In this document: positions 32,801 to 46,679 of the stretch, one piece after another
Layout: every line of letters starts with the position of its first letter
How positions within the stretch are numbered: position 1 is the first letter of the stretch
Source: Reclinomonas americana ATCC 50394
Taxonomy: Eukaryota
Direction of reading: 5' to 3'
Assembly (NCBI GenBank): GCA_048213135.1
Contig: PS015129.1
Coordinates: 121,898 to 185,897 of the forward strand
Length of the DNA: 64,000 nucleotides
The notes under the pieces: model-generated
Databases searched by the model: none
Told to the model about the DNA's origin: nothing
What the model saw: only the letters and a program-made list of their open reading frames with translations
Translations under genes and position numbers: made by a program

Positions 32801-35800
32801 GTTCAGGCGACGTTTTGGTCTCTGACTCGGTGTCGGGTCGGATATGGCGCATTGCTTCCTCTGGTGAGACTGACTTTCCATGCGACTAAGACACACCTTG
32901 TGCCTAAATAGGAATCGATCTTTTCGCACAGGCCACGCAACTCCGCTGGTGGGAAGTGCAGAGGACGATCAAGCTCCCTTGTACAGACCAGCACACATGG
33001 CCATGGACGAGCAGGACACGTTGTACTTTTCCGACCGCAGCCACCATGCGGTGTATTCCGTTCGTCTTGCCGATGGTTCGTCCCGGCATGCTTCTGTGGT
33101 TGCGGGAAAATGCATATTCACCGTTTGCGCAGGTCAAGTGGAGGTGCTGAGCGGCAGCGGAAATCGTGGATCCAATGACGGCACCGGTGCCGCGGCATCC
33201 TTCTCCGACCCTGCTGGCCTGGCACTGTCGAGCGATGGGAGTGAGCTGTTCGTGGCCGACCGCGGTAATCACATGGTCCGTCGTGTTCGTCTGCATGGAT
33301 CCGATCGCGGCGTGACGTCAACGATGGCGGGCACGGGCATCCCCGGATTCCTCGATGGGCCCTATTCCACCGCACTGTTCAACTTGCCGAGCGACGTCCA
33401 AGTCGACGGGACGGCCGACGTCATTCTAGTTGCAGACACTGGCAACGATGCGCTGCGGCAGATCAATCGAGCTGGTGCGTGTGGTTTGGTGTGGCACTGT
33501 CACATGCTGTCGTTCCTCCTCCCACGAAAGTGCGATGTGCAGGTGCTGTCATCACTCTCGCACGTCGGTGCGATGTGACGAACGGAGCTTCGGCGCACTG
33601 CTTGCACGGAATGCTGCAGGCGCCCGCCAGCATTGTGTTCCAGTCGGTGCCTTCTCTCGGCGTGCTTCTGGTCGACGCCAGCAGCTCACAGCTCCGCATG
33701 TTTACGCCGCAAGGTGTGACTCGTGCATGCGTGAAGGCGAAGGAAGATGCTCACGTCGTGTGTTTTTCGGTGCAGGAAACGTGCTGCCATTTGCTGGAGA
33801 TTCGCTCTCGACGCACGTCACAACCACCTCCATCACCAGCGTTCTCAACGTGCTGGCGCACCACACGTTGGTGACCAACAACGTCACGTCGGTATCTCGT
33901 TCGTCACGCGGAGTTGCATACTTTTTGGCTCACGAGGTGCGTTGGCGAGAAGTGTGCTGCACTGCTGCAATTTTCCCCCTGTAGTGAGCGCACTCACCTC
34001 GGCTACGCACAGGGTTCCAGCAATGTTCGCATGGTGTCTCCGGGTTTGTATTCCGTCTCCTGTTGCCAAAGCTTTTTTCTCGTGCGGTCTTCTCACACTT
34101 GAGTGCTGAGCAGGCCATGTGCTCGTGGCGTATCCCCGTACAATCGCACTGTCGAGCACCACTGATGCCGGCCACACGCTGACACTTGTCGGCTGTGGTC
34201 TCTCGAGCGAGCACCTGACGGCCGTGCTCACCACGGCACCAAGTTGCGAAGAAGCGGAGGACACCGACAGCGAGGCGAACTCGACCCTCGTGCTCAATGT
34301 TGGTGATGTGGGTCTGGATGGACGTTCCCGGCTCTTCCACTTGCCGGCTGCTGGCACTCTTCGTTCCGGCAGATATTCGCTGTGCACTCGCTGGCATGAA
34401 CGACTGCCGTTGGAGTTGGTGTCCACCGTTTCACTCTGTTGCGTGAGAGCGCCAAGAAACGACCATATTTTTTGTGTGTTTCATCCCATCTCACGCCATT
34501 CGCGCAGATCGTCTGGCTACGTTGTGCACGACCGCAATGCCCCGGCACGCGGTTGGCCAAGTAACTATTCGCGGCGAAGGCCTGGTTGCGCCCTCTGCTG
34601 CGTTCCTCTCGACGAGTTATCGATGCGATACGCGTATGCGCGGTGACATCTCCGTGCAACTGGCAACATCGACAGAGCTGGTGCTGTCGCTAGACACGCA
34701 ACATGTGCGTGAGGGAACTCATGCGGTGTGTGCGGAGTGGGACGGCGACAAGGATCACGTGGAGCTGGTGACGTTTATTGCCATTGGTACGTTTTGACTC
34801 TGTGTGCGATGAGTTCACGACAGGTCGACCCACTTTCTCTCCCTTGCGCAGGAATGCCTTCAGTGTGCGAAGTCTCTCTTGCGCAGCCCGCGGATGGACC
34901 GATGGCACTGGATGAGCGCAGTGCCGACATTTTTGTCGCGCAAACCGGCCTCCATCGCATCGCAGTCATTCGCGGCAACGGATCGATCTCCGTGCTCGCG
35001 GGTGGAGGTCGTCGTGGCCATGCAGATGGAAACCCCAGAGACGCTCTCTTTGATAGTCCCCGTGGTTTGGCGTTCGACAGCGCCTCTCGCAGCCTGCTTG
35101 TTGCCGATAGCGGCAACCACGCCGTTCGTCGCGTGTCTGCGCGTGGCGACACGAGTACCGTTGCTGGACACCGCGATCGTCCCGGCGACACCGACGGTCC
35201 AGTGGAGGTGGCGAGCTTCCGCACGCCCAGCGAAGTTGCCGTGATAGACTCGACAATTCTCGTGGTTGATACGGTACGCTGGGGTCTCTGTGCAGTCGGC
35301 ACAGTCTGTGTGTGGGTCGCTCACTGCCTTGACTTGGCGCTGTTTGCTCATGCAGGATAATCGCCGATTGCGACTGATTGAAGGCGACCATGTGCGCTCG
35401 TGGCTGTCTCAACACTCACCGGAGCACGTAGCGGTGACCTGTGAGAAGCGGGTCATCTTTTTTGACAGACAGAGTCACGAACTCAAGCACACAGCCTTGT
35501 CATCATCACACGGTTCGCTCGCGTGTGTGTGTGCAACTGACTGCCGATTCCCTTGTTCTTGACTTCATCTCTCCACCAGATGCCTCGACGCCCAGCACCA
35601 TGCGCGTCGTGCAAGTTTCCGCGGCCAACAAACACTCGTCGTTGCCATTGTCGGTGCATCAACTGACAGAGGGACCAGCGGAATCAGTGCTTGTGCTTGA
35701 CTTGGTGCGTGTCTCCACTTGAAGCTTAACGTATCTTCCGTGTTTCTTATTGCTGTCGCCAGGTTGCCGCCACGCTGCGCCAGATATCACCCGATGGTGA

Positions 35801-38800
35801 GCCGTACTCGGGTGGTGACTGGGTAATGTTTTTTGACACTCACGCTCGCTCCTTGTAAAATCAGGTTCCTCCACGCCACTGATTTCTCTGCTGCCGGACA
35901 CTGTGGGAATGGTGTACGATCGTTTCCGTGGCATTCTGCTCTCGGCGACAGTTGCGACGACCTGCAAAAAGCACCCGTGGTTTTCTGCTTCTCGACGTAC
36001 ACTGACATACTGCTCTTTTCTCGCGTGTTTGTAGGGATCGGCCGTGCTTCGTACAATCGGTGATCCCGGCAACGGTGCGTTGTCTTTTTGCGCCTGCAGC
36101 AAATCATTCTTTTTCGCTCAACAACACACACGCACACACAGCACCGAGAGGAGTCTTTGTGTCGCCGCACATTCTTGTCGCGGGCAACGAAGCCACTTTC
36201 ACTGTCCGAGGCTGCAATTTGCTGCCTTTTGCATCCGTGGTACTGTCTTCTGTGCCATGCTCGGAGCGGCAACAGCAGCAGGGCAGTGATGGCCGCCACA
36301 CGTTGCTTGCAAGCGACGTTCTCTCAACGTCACTAGCGACTCTGAGTTCATCGGCATTGGTGGCCTCATTTGATGTACTCACGAGCGAGGCTGCTGGCCG
36401 ACGATGGTTGTGTGGCAACGGCGATAATGCGTTGAGTGGCGCAACTCATCTTGGTCAAGTGTCAGTCGGTGCGTGCGTGTCGGTGCTGCTGTAGATGCAC
36501 CATTTTTTCTGACAATCGAGTGCGTGTTGCAGTGCGAGTGGCTCAGGCAGACAAGGAAGCGATTGCACCAAAGACCGGCGATTCGATGCTCACGTTCACC
36601 GCCGATGATGCGTACTCGGTCGAGCAAGTGATGCTTGCGACGCTGGTGGCGCGAAGCGGTGCCTCCTGCTCTGCTCGCGACAGCAACGCCGAAGTGTCAC
36701 TGCTGCCGACGCCACTGTCGCCCACTTCATTTGTCGTGCCCGTCGGTGCTATTGCCGTTTCTTCGTCGTCGGTGTCGGTCACAAGCGACTCTGGTCTGTG
36801 GACGCTCTGTGCGCGTTGGCCGGGTGACGCGGCAGAGCAACGCATTGCGTCCTTCAGTTTTGGTGCGTGGTGTGCCTGTGTTGCGCGTGTCGGCATCTCC
36901 TCGCACGACAACTCACTTACCACCTCTTTCTGTCTGTTCCTCGCATCAGCGCGCTCACTTGGCTTCACGGCCACGTTGAGTTCGGATCTCATGGCGCTGG
37001 AAATCGAGTTTGCCGCAGATATTGTGTCCGTCTCGAGCGGTGCTGCGACGGACCGACTGTTGTCGTGCTCCACCTTGTTTGACGCCTCCAGCCTGTTGCT
37101 TCTGGGATCGGAACCGCAGTGTGCCTGGCGCTCGAACTCGGTTCTGCGAGTGGAGATGTCGGGCGACGAGCGTCCGTTGCTGCGAGTCGGCTCCGTTATT
37201 CGTCTGCGAGAGCATGCTGTGGTGGCACGTGCAGACAGAACTGTGCGCGCCTTTGACGAAACCGCAGTCGTCTCTGCCTCCGGCACCGGTGGAACGTTGG
37301 CCGTGATTGCCGGGGCATCGCCTACAATCGCGTCGTGCATCTCGCGCATCGTTCTCAGTGGCAGCATGTCGGCCGGTGGTGGCGTATTTGGCCTGGCGTA
37401 CTCGTGGAGCGTCGGTGACGGTGGTGCAGTTCCACTGACGGCTTCGAGCGACTCTTCTGTTGTCGAGTTTGAGCTTCCGCTGGACGCATCGCATTTCAAG
37501 TTCCTGCTCACTGTGCGGAATATTCTCGGCGCAGAGGCGACTACATCGGTTGAGGTGCGCTTCGAGGCTCTTCCGATTTAGCTCTTTATCTCTCTCTCTC
37601 TCTCGCACACAATCTCACTGCCGGTACGTGTGCAGATCGTCCGCGTGACGGAGGCCGTGCCTGCAGTTCATATTGTTGGCTCGCCGAACTTGCTGGTATT
37701 CCCACGCGCCGGCCTTGTCACCGTGGTGGCGGGATCATTGACCACGGCTGCCGATGAACATTGCTCACAAGGTGTGGCTGTCGATGCACTTCGACACATA
37801 TTATAATCCTCCTTCACTCACCTCGTGTGGAATGTGTGCTTGTATTTGACACAGCCGTCGAGTATGAATGGTCAGTACGCGATGACAGCACAACCAATGC
37901 ATCGTCGTGGCAAGCGAGTTCCGGCCTATTGGAGTCCAACACTCTGGTGTTGCCGGCGTCGTCGTTTCTCCCAAATGTTGTCTATCGCGTACAAGTTCGT
38001 GCCCGCAGTGTTGTCGATCCAGCGGTGAGTTCCTTGCCCTTGCTCTTCTTCTCGCGATTGAGCGTGTCTCCCATGTATTCCTCACTCGCACTTCATCTCG
38101 TTCAGTTGGTGTCGCTAGCAGAGGCACGGTTGCAAGTGATTCTGCCAATGCGGCCGCGATCGCCAGGTGCTACTGGCTTCCGCGTATCAGTTTGTTGCGT
38201 TCTCGTTACAAAGCCTCGACTCGCCCTCACAGCGCGGCAACTCACCTTATTGTGCGTGTTGTCTTGTTCTTCCTTGTACAGTTCCACTGGAGGGCGTCGC
38301 GCTGGAGACCGAATTCCACGTATCAGTGTCGGATGACTCACAGTCCTCGTCGGTACGCACACACACTCGCCTCCTTTCTCTTTCATTCCCTCTTCCCTCA
38401 TTTGTGACGCTGGCATTCGCAGAGCATACAACATCGAGTACAGCTGTTTGTGGCCTCGGCCAGTGGCTCTTCGGACAGTACGTTCGACGCCAACAGTGCA
38501 CAGTACCCGTTGACAGAACTCGCACACTATTCGCACGTTGCTGTGCGCTTGCCGCCAGGTTCAGTGATATGCATATTCTTCATTCTTTCCTGCTTTTTTT
38601 TGCTCACTTGTGGTACATAGGTCGACGACCGGATGACGCGTTGGAGCTGCGTGTTCTCATTCAGGACATCCATGGTCAGCAGCACGTGGTGCAGCGCTTT
38701 GTGCACGTTCACGAGCGTGTTCCACACACTAGCACTGCTGCGGCAGTCTCGATCGCCAGTGAGTACACTGTACACGGTTAGTGCATGTTGTGCACTGTGG

Positions 38801-41800
38801 CTCAACTGCACGCTCTTCTATTTCGCGGCAGATACATCGCGCTCCAAGTCCAATCGAGCGTGCGACATTCGACAAAGTCTCCTGCTGGAGCAGGTGGAGA
38901 AAGTGGAACGCGAGGGCAACCAGGCCGCACTCTTGGCCACCATCACAAGCACTGCTCGCATGCTCAATCTGTGGCCGTCTCAAAACAGGTGAGTAATGCC
39001 CTCAACAGTGTGTGCGTAGCTCTCCACCACCATGCTAACCCATTCATTGGCAAACGATAGTCGTGCGCCCATTCGTGATCAAGCCTGGCCGCACGCGCAA
39101 GTGCGCTCGTGCAAGTGGCCAGCTGATGAACTGAGCCGGGTACGTACCGCCGCATGTGATGCGCACACTCCTTTCTCTCTCCGTTTCTCACTCCCTTCTT
39201 ACTCATGCTTGCGCACTCTGTTTGCTCTCATGCAGCGCCGTCTGATTCGGCGTGACTGGGCCGAACTGCTCGGAACCGTGGCCACGTCGGTCGCTTGCGA
39301 TAGTGCCTCGGATAACGAGTACGTACGGCAGCTTGCCGCCTGGCATGCTGTGGTGTCTGGATCGGTGGAGGAGCTCGATGAGCCCACCATGAATGTGGCC
39401 TCCGAAACTCTATTGCGCCTGACGCACTGCTCGACGTGGCCTCGTCGGCTCGACATTCAGAAACTCGCCATGAGTGCCCTGAGCCCGCTGATGGAGGTAT
39501 GTGTGTATGTGTGTGAATGGTGCTGCCAGCATGTGTCATTGGTTTCCTCACCTTCCACCACGCGCAGCGTGTTCATCGCGCTCCCGAGCTGCAACGCACC
39601 GTGGTGCTTGGTGAAAGCGCCCACTGGTCACCGGCTAAATTGTTGGGTTTCTGGAGCCAGCAGTCCGAGCGTCTGGTCAACTCCACGTCGGCCGTGTCAT
39701 TGTCACTGCTGAATAACCTCCAGACACACGAGGTTTGAGCTGCCACACTCATCTTGTTTCTCCCTGTTTGTGTAACAAGTTTACGATGCGCAGAGTGTCA
39801 TCTTGACTCCGGTGGCACGACTGGCCGTGCATCGACACGACACACGCCATCTCCGTACGCAAGACATGCGTCTGTCAGACACACTTCCCACTGGACACGC
39901 CGTGCACTTGCCGCGCAGCTTGCCCGATGATGTCGGTATGACGGACGGCAGCATTGCTGCCCGCGTCACATCGTGGCAGCGACCTCCGCTGCACATGCTG
40001 ATTCCCTCCGGTGCCGTACTGCAAGTTTCGTATGCGTCACACGCACAAACAGTCGATTCTCTGGTTAACAACACCACGTGACATCTAAACCACCGTGCCC
40101 GGTGCATGCATACAGAGTCATGTACTGGAAGTGGAACTCGAGAGCCAGTCCGGCCCGCTTCACGTGNNNNNNNNNNNNNNNNNNNNNNAATTCCCGAGGT
40201 GAGACATCCTTCTTACATGCGCTCCCTTTCCCCTGCTGCTACTTGCGCATCCTCTGACATTGTGATACCGCGCAGCTTGTCATGATGATCCTCTTTATGC
40301 GCACTCGTCAACATCCGCTCAAATACGGTGCGTTCAATCTCTCTGCCTTGCTTCACTGGTCACACAAAGTCACTGTCTTGTGTGCTTTTTCCGCACAGAC
40401 ACCCACACGAGCACTTGGCAATGCACCGCGCAAATGAGCAAGGAGCGCCCACACGGCGAATTCGACGAGTTTGCGGCCGAGCCTTATCGCGGCAGTTGAG
40501 TACTGTAGAGGCATCAGTAACTGGCGAGTGTGCGTGCTGACCTCTGTTCAATGCAGCTCTTGTCGACATTGATCTGCCGGCCATGGAGGACACCACGACA
40601 ATGGCCATTGGCGACACACCGTACTTTATGGACGCCACATCGTACAATCATTTGCACGGTGCCATGTCGCCACAGATTGTGACCAGTCGTGCCGACTGTC
40701 GACTGGACCGAGAGGCGCTCATGTCGCCGTGGTCGGCGCGCATGGAGACACCTGAGACGGATCGCGGTGCGTTCGATGCAAGCTGTGGTAGTGTGCGCGC
40801 CGAATTTCCAGGTGTCTGTTGCCTGACACCCTGTGTGTTGCGTGTTGCAGACTCGCCGTTTGCGCCCCGACGAGCGCGCCCTCCACCGCAGCCACAACAG
40901 CGGCAGCAGCTCGCAGTCGATGGCTCGAACAGTTATCGCACCATCCGCAACAGTGTGCTGGTGGAGGCATCGGCCGATCTCGACCCAGAGCCGGATGCCG
41001 GCGATCGCGATGAAAGCATCAGTAGCGGACAAGATGTGCAAGACGACGATACGGCAGATGCCGGCAGCGAGAACACACTTGCAGTGGTCACTGTGCCGGA
41101 CGGCATTACACCGCGGTACTCGAACAATCCTCGCACTGCTGGCCGCCTCGACGACGAGGGGTCGTTGGACTCGGAGGATTCAGCGGACTGTGAGACGGTG
41201 ACTCCCTTGTCCGACGACGATGAGCTCGAAGACGGCGGAGAGGCGCAGGCCACGAAAGCGAAGACTGCTGGCGAACAACGCACGGCAACTGGGTATGTCA
41301 ACCGTTGTTTTTCCTTGCGACCGCTGATGCGTGCGCGTTGGCCTCACCAATGGCGTTTCCTGCATCTGCAGCAGCGGGGAACGCGGATCGTCGACATCCA
41401 TCCGTCTTGCCTCTTCACAGGGCGTCGATGAACCGCACCTGCTGCTTCTCGAGGTGCCCCAGGGTGCGCAAGTAAGCGACGACCCGACTCCCCACAACAG
41501 TTCTCGTCCCCGCCGCCGAACCGCGCCATCCGCATCTGACTCCCAGTCCGGAGGTGACGCGCGTCGCGATACACACGATGGCGCCGTTCCCGATGGCACA
41601 CACGATGGCGCCGTTCCCGATGGCGTAGCGGTTGTGGTGGGCGGTGTTCATGGTCATCGCCGCAGGTCTCGCAACGATGGTAGCCACCGCAGTGGTAGCA
41701 GCATGTATGGCGACAGTGCCGCCGGTCCACCCGCACATTTGGCTGTCCCCTCGGACCTGCTCACCGCCATTGCGCCGCCCATGGCTGCTCACGATCAGCA

Positions 41801-44800
41801 GTCGTTTGCCAACGGTTCGACTGCCGCCATGTACCGCGGAGCACCACCACCGCCGTCTCAGACGCTAACGAGTGGGGCTCTGGCGCCGTCGCGAGGTGCA
41901 CAGCCGGCGATCGCCGCCGCTCCTTACCAGCCACTGGCTTCTGTCGATGATGTGTACATGGACATGTCGTCGGTGCTGGAACCGGGCGAGCGGCCACCGT
42001 CGGTGTTCACTTACACATCCGGCCAGATGGAGCACGACGATGTGGAGAACGATGTGCCGCGAGCGTTTGTGGTGGAGACTGCCAACCAGGACCACGACTT
42101 TGTGGATTGGACCGTGGACGACACTTATGGTGCCGGCATCACGCCTCGACAGACCATGGCTCGGCGTCGCAACCGCTCGCGCACCGACACTGGTGATGAC
42201 GACTTGTCGTCGCGAACCGGTTCCGACACGCATCGCGGGCTGACAGCGCACACGTGGATCGACTTCTTCGAAGTAGCGCCGGTCGACGATGAACATGAGC
42301 AACTCGCGCAGTGGGAGCGTTACGAGCAAGAACAGGTCGATGGTTCGCGTGTCAGTGATGCACACGGCAGCCGCGAGAGCGACGAAAGTCGCAGCGGCGA
42401 CGGACGCAAGTCATCGTCGTCTGCCGATGGCCAATCACGTCGTCCGCGACACCTGGCTGCCTCGCAGTTGCCGCTACTGACTATTCCCAGAAGGTGTGTG
42501 CTCTTGCCCCTCTGTGTTCTACGTGTGTGTCTTACTTACGCGCGTGTCACAGTTTGCCATCTGGAGTACCGCCGCCGAACAACGGCGGTCACGTTCGACA
42601 GCACTCCCAGCACTCGCAGTCACAACCGAGCAACTCTGTTTCGCCGTCTCCAAGCACGCCGCACAGCCTGTCGTCGATGGGATCGGAGGATCCAGCCGTC
42701 AACGACCACACGCACGTCTCCCTGCCCGACACTCCCACGTCGTTTACGATTCTGGCGAATCTGCGTGCCAAGCCCACCGATCGGCCGTTCCTGACGGCGC
42801 GTTCCATGGCCCCAAGTGGACTACCGGCCCCGCTTCCCGCTGCTCTCATGCAGTCTCCCAGTCTCGGCAGCCTCCCCACCAGTCGACGTATGCACGACAA
42901 CAGTCGTTTGCTGATGTTTGCTCGCCGCCAGTCGCTGGGTCTCGACGCCGAGACCCCGCGATCCGGCGGCGGTTCGCCAGTGGAGCCGATGCCATCACCT
43001 GCTGGAAGCAACCCACGGTCGCTCCGCATTCAGACCAAGGATGCTGGCCTACAGCCGCATCCGCGTGCGCTTCTGCGTCGTGGCAGTCTGGCCGAGGAAC
43101 AAGCACCAGCGCCGCTGATCGACTTGGTTTCACCGCCGGCCATCTCGTCGCCCACATTCGACATGATGCGCAGTCCGCCGCCCAGATCACCCATGTCGCC
43201 AGCTGTCGGTCGCAACCTGGAGCCTCACTCGCCCCCTGTGGATTCGCCACCACCGGCGCCGTCCAACTATCTGCGCGGACGACGCTTCTCGGTGCACGAC
43301 GAAGAAGTGTCTGACGCGTCGATGAGGCCAGACGAAACGCAACTCACGCGCGTGCAGAGTACGCGAATGGAATGGGCACAGTCGCTTGTCGGAGTCGATC
43401 CTGGTTCGAAGTCGACTGCGTCGCAAGCGCGCTCTCCGTTCTCCAAGTCACCGCACCAGCGACGCAGGCGACGCAGCAAGTCGTCACTTGGCGTGGGTCA
43501 GGTGACCTCGCCTCCGAAATCGCCGCTGTCGCCGACCGTCTCGGTCACGTGGGATTTGTCGCGGATGAAGCCCGACGGATATCAGGTCGAGAGTCGCGGC
43601 CGTCGCAAGCTGTCAGTCACCGAGAGTCAGGGTGTACAGGTGCGTGACTGACTGACCGCTCTCCCATTACTTTGTAATAACGAGGCAACACTCACCGGCA
43701 TACTCTCGCACGCGCAGGCTTTCCCCGTGGGTGTTGACATTGGCTCGCCGCATCGACGTGGTGCACCCATGTCGCCATCCACTCTGTGGCGCCCGGTCGA
43801 CATTCTCGTGCCCCACCACTCGCTGCAGTTGATGCACTCGCCGACCGGCTCGCCCATGCCGGTGCTGTCGGTGTCCAGTACGCCCATCTTGGACGTGGTG
43901 GACAGCGCTGACGGCGACGAGTCGTACTCGTCGTACTCGACAGGCAGTTCCGATGAGTCCGAGCGACAGCTGTCGAACCCGGCCGACACATCGGTGACCA
44001 TGACCTTGGCCGTGGCTGGTGACACGCACAGCGTGCGGTGCGTTGTGGCACAGCATGTTTATTTGCAATTCGGCGCCTGCTGTGCATGTACTGACCTTGT
44101 GCATTTCTGTCGTACAGCACGTCCACCACGGTGGCTCGTCGGGGTGCCAAGACCGATGGCGAGCCCGGTGAACTTGCAGGAGTCGACGGCAGTGAACTCG
44201 ACAACGGCAACGACGGCAGCAGTACGGTGGCCAGCCGGCGTGCTGCGTGGCAGGGTGGCAAACTGGCCATTGCTTTGCCGGGCAGCCTCACGTCGCTCAA
44301 TGGTGACGCGATTCTGTCTCCCAAGGCAGTGCGCCCGCAGCTCACGCCGGCCGAGACGCCAACCTCGCGACCGATGATGGGGCTCAACAGTGCTGGTGGT
44401 ACTATTGGTGGTGGTGGCGGCGGCGGCGGCGGCAATGGCACGCCTGCTGGCGAAGGAGTGGGCATTGGCGCCAGCATGCACAGCGACCCGCTTCGCATGT
44501 ATCCGCCCACGGTGGCCGCCTCTCGACCGCTGTATCGGCAATCGTCGTTGCAAAGCATCAAGGCCGCCACAAGTCCGGTGTCACCGGCCTCCATTTTGGT
44601 GGTGCCAGCGGAAGTTGTGTCGCCGGGCTCGACGCGCAAGCTGGTGCGCAACGACAGTGCACCGCCCGGTAGCCCAGCATTCAAACTGGCGACGGTGCCG
44701 AACTCGGCTCCACCGCCGGCTGCCGGTGCCATTGTTGTCAGCAGTCGCAGCAGTGCTAACGCCGACGCCTTGGCGGTACCAGGCGTCGTGGTGCGCTGCA

Positions 44801-46526
44801 CAAGTGTCGAATCAATGTCCACGTTGGGTATCGACCAGAGTCTCGCCACTCCGCGGTCGTACGGTGCGACTCCTGGACTGGCTCTGCAGGATCCCGGTAG
44901 CGAGTCGCAGTACAGCAGCCAGTGGTCGATTGACGACGGCACGCCCACGCCGGTGCGCTTGCAACTTGTCGTCTCCCACCCAACACAAAAAACTGAGTAC
45001 TCACCACATTTTTTGTGACAGATACCCACGGTGACACGTGGCGGGGCGCAATCGACGACGCGACGAAGTGCCAACGGCACCGCACCAGTTCGCTTGACTG
45101 TCACACCACTTGAATCGGCGGCCTCGTCGGTCAGCGACAGTGATGGCTCTCGAGTGTCGGCAAGCAATCGCAGCACATCCACTGCGACGACATCGCTGGC
45201 GCGACGATCAGCCGACAACCTCGTCACTCCAGGCGACAATGCGTACCTCACACCATACGGCGCACTTGCTCCGTCGCCGGTTTGTTACAACTTGTTGCTG
45301 CTGCTTGGCGTCGGATTCGAAACCCACACACTCTCCGCAGGCTCCACTCTCGGATGCCACATCGGCTGACGAGTCGCAGATTCTGTCGCCGACATCGGGC
45401 GTGCGTCGCCATCGTCGCCGGCGCCGGTCGTCGGCGTACACTGTCCGCCGTGACCCTCTGGTGGCAGCCGGTATGGCGGCGTACGAGACTCCATCGGCGG
45501 GTCAGCAGGTTGACTCGTCGGCCATTGTTGAGACAGTCACTTATGTCGAGGAGCGCGATGGCGAATTGGTGCGTACATGCAAGCGTGTGTGTGTGCGCGC
45601 ATATGTTCGTTCATACGACTCACCGTGTTTGCATCCGGCCGTGCGCAGCATTTGGTGCAAGATCGCAGTCCTGCGCGCTCTCGCAAGTTCTTCACCGGCT
45701 TCTTGGTTATCAGTTTTCTCATGTTTGCACTGGCTACGGCGTTCGTGCTGGTGCTCTTCTCGACTTTCCAGGCCACTTGGCTCGAATACATTTTGCTCTC
45801 CACCGTATTCGGTGCCGCTTGGGTCCTCTTCGTGTGGCTGCGTATGCGCAGTCGCGGCGATCCCGTGAATCAAGACGTGCAGCGGTGTGTTAATTCCCTC
45901 TAACTTGCGTGTGTCGTCAGCTGTCTCACTCACCGCGGCCATGTGCGATATGTGCAACACAGATTCCCTCCATTCATGGATCGGGTATGTGTTTTCTGGA
46001 GTGCAGACATGATTGCTCGACGAGCCGACGCTGACGCTGTTTCTGTTTGCGTTTGCAGATTTTCTATGCGCTCTGTTGGCTCTTCACACTCCTGTACACA
46101 TGGTTCCTATTGCTATATACATCCACATTCACCGAGGGCGAAGCGGTGCGTCTGTCGATCTCTCTCTCTCACACACACACTGCGTGCGCATTTGTACTCA
46201 CCGACTGGTCCGCAGCGTACGCTAATCCTGACGTCGCTCGCAAGTTTGGCCAACGAGGCGTTCTTCTTGGAGCCCGCCATGTTCCTTTTGCAGAGTCTCA
46301 ACGGTGAGTTGATTTTGTCACCGTCGAGCCCATGGTCGCTCGCTACCTCTTACGAGAATGGCGTGTGCACACAGAACACTTGCTCGGCGGTCTTCTGCAA
46401 GGTGTTGCCTCGTGAGCCAACACGGCTGCAGTCCCTCATTTTCTCTCTCTCTCTCTCTGTGTGTGTATCTCCTTCTCTATCCCATTCTCCTCATTAGCCC
46501 TGTTTATGCGTGGAATTAATTGCTAG
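29860..46526 (+). CDS. Giant polycystin-1-like membrane protein: signal peptide, NHL beta-propellers, Ig/IPT-like repeats, REJ-like module, TM segments split by a long Ser/Pro loop
   Basis: Signal peptide MRLPRARFVALAIALATVVVLIECALS. NHL motifs (FSDPAGLALSSDGSELFVADRGNHMVRRV; FDSPRGLAFD...VADSGNHAVRRV). REJ-like motifs (EYEWSV...LVLPASSFLPNVVYRVQV; PLEGVALETEFHVSV; VLIQDIHG). TM exon IPE|LVMMILFMRTR at 40190-40330. C-terminal TMs end LLYTSTF...LTSLASLANEAFFLEP. Many introns are not individually resolved, and gap 40167-40188 hides sequence. Confidence 0.7.
41571..41624 (+). repeat. Perfect 27-bp in-frame tandem duplication (THDGAVPDG x2)
   Basis: ACACACGATGGCGCCGTTCCCGATGGC occurs twice. Confidence 0.95.
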
Positions 46527-46640
46527 ACTTTTTTGTGCCGTGCTCGATCGTGTTGCCCAGCAAGCCTCGCCAGAAGGTTCCATTGAGGGCGGCTGTGAGC
46601 GATCGCAGCGAATCAGTGTCTCACACACTGCAGCGTGCAC

Positions 46641-46679
<39 letters not shown>

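Noticed and set aside
40497-40600. Gene boundary splitting the giant + gene (TGA at about 40497, new ATG at about 40592)
   Set aside because: A GTTGAG donor at 40495 removes the stop in phase, and the paralogue has the same continuous architecture.
43692-45251. Long antisense ORFs (e.g. 519 aa here; also 9592-10731, 10994-12199, 61366-62520)
   Set aside because: Shadow or alternate frames of GC-rich coding sequence with no recognisable motifs.
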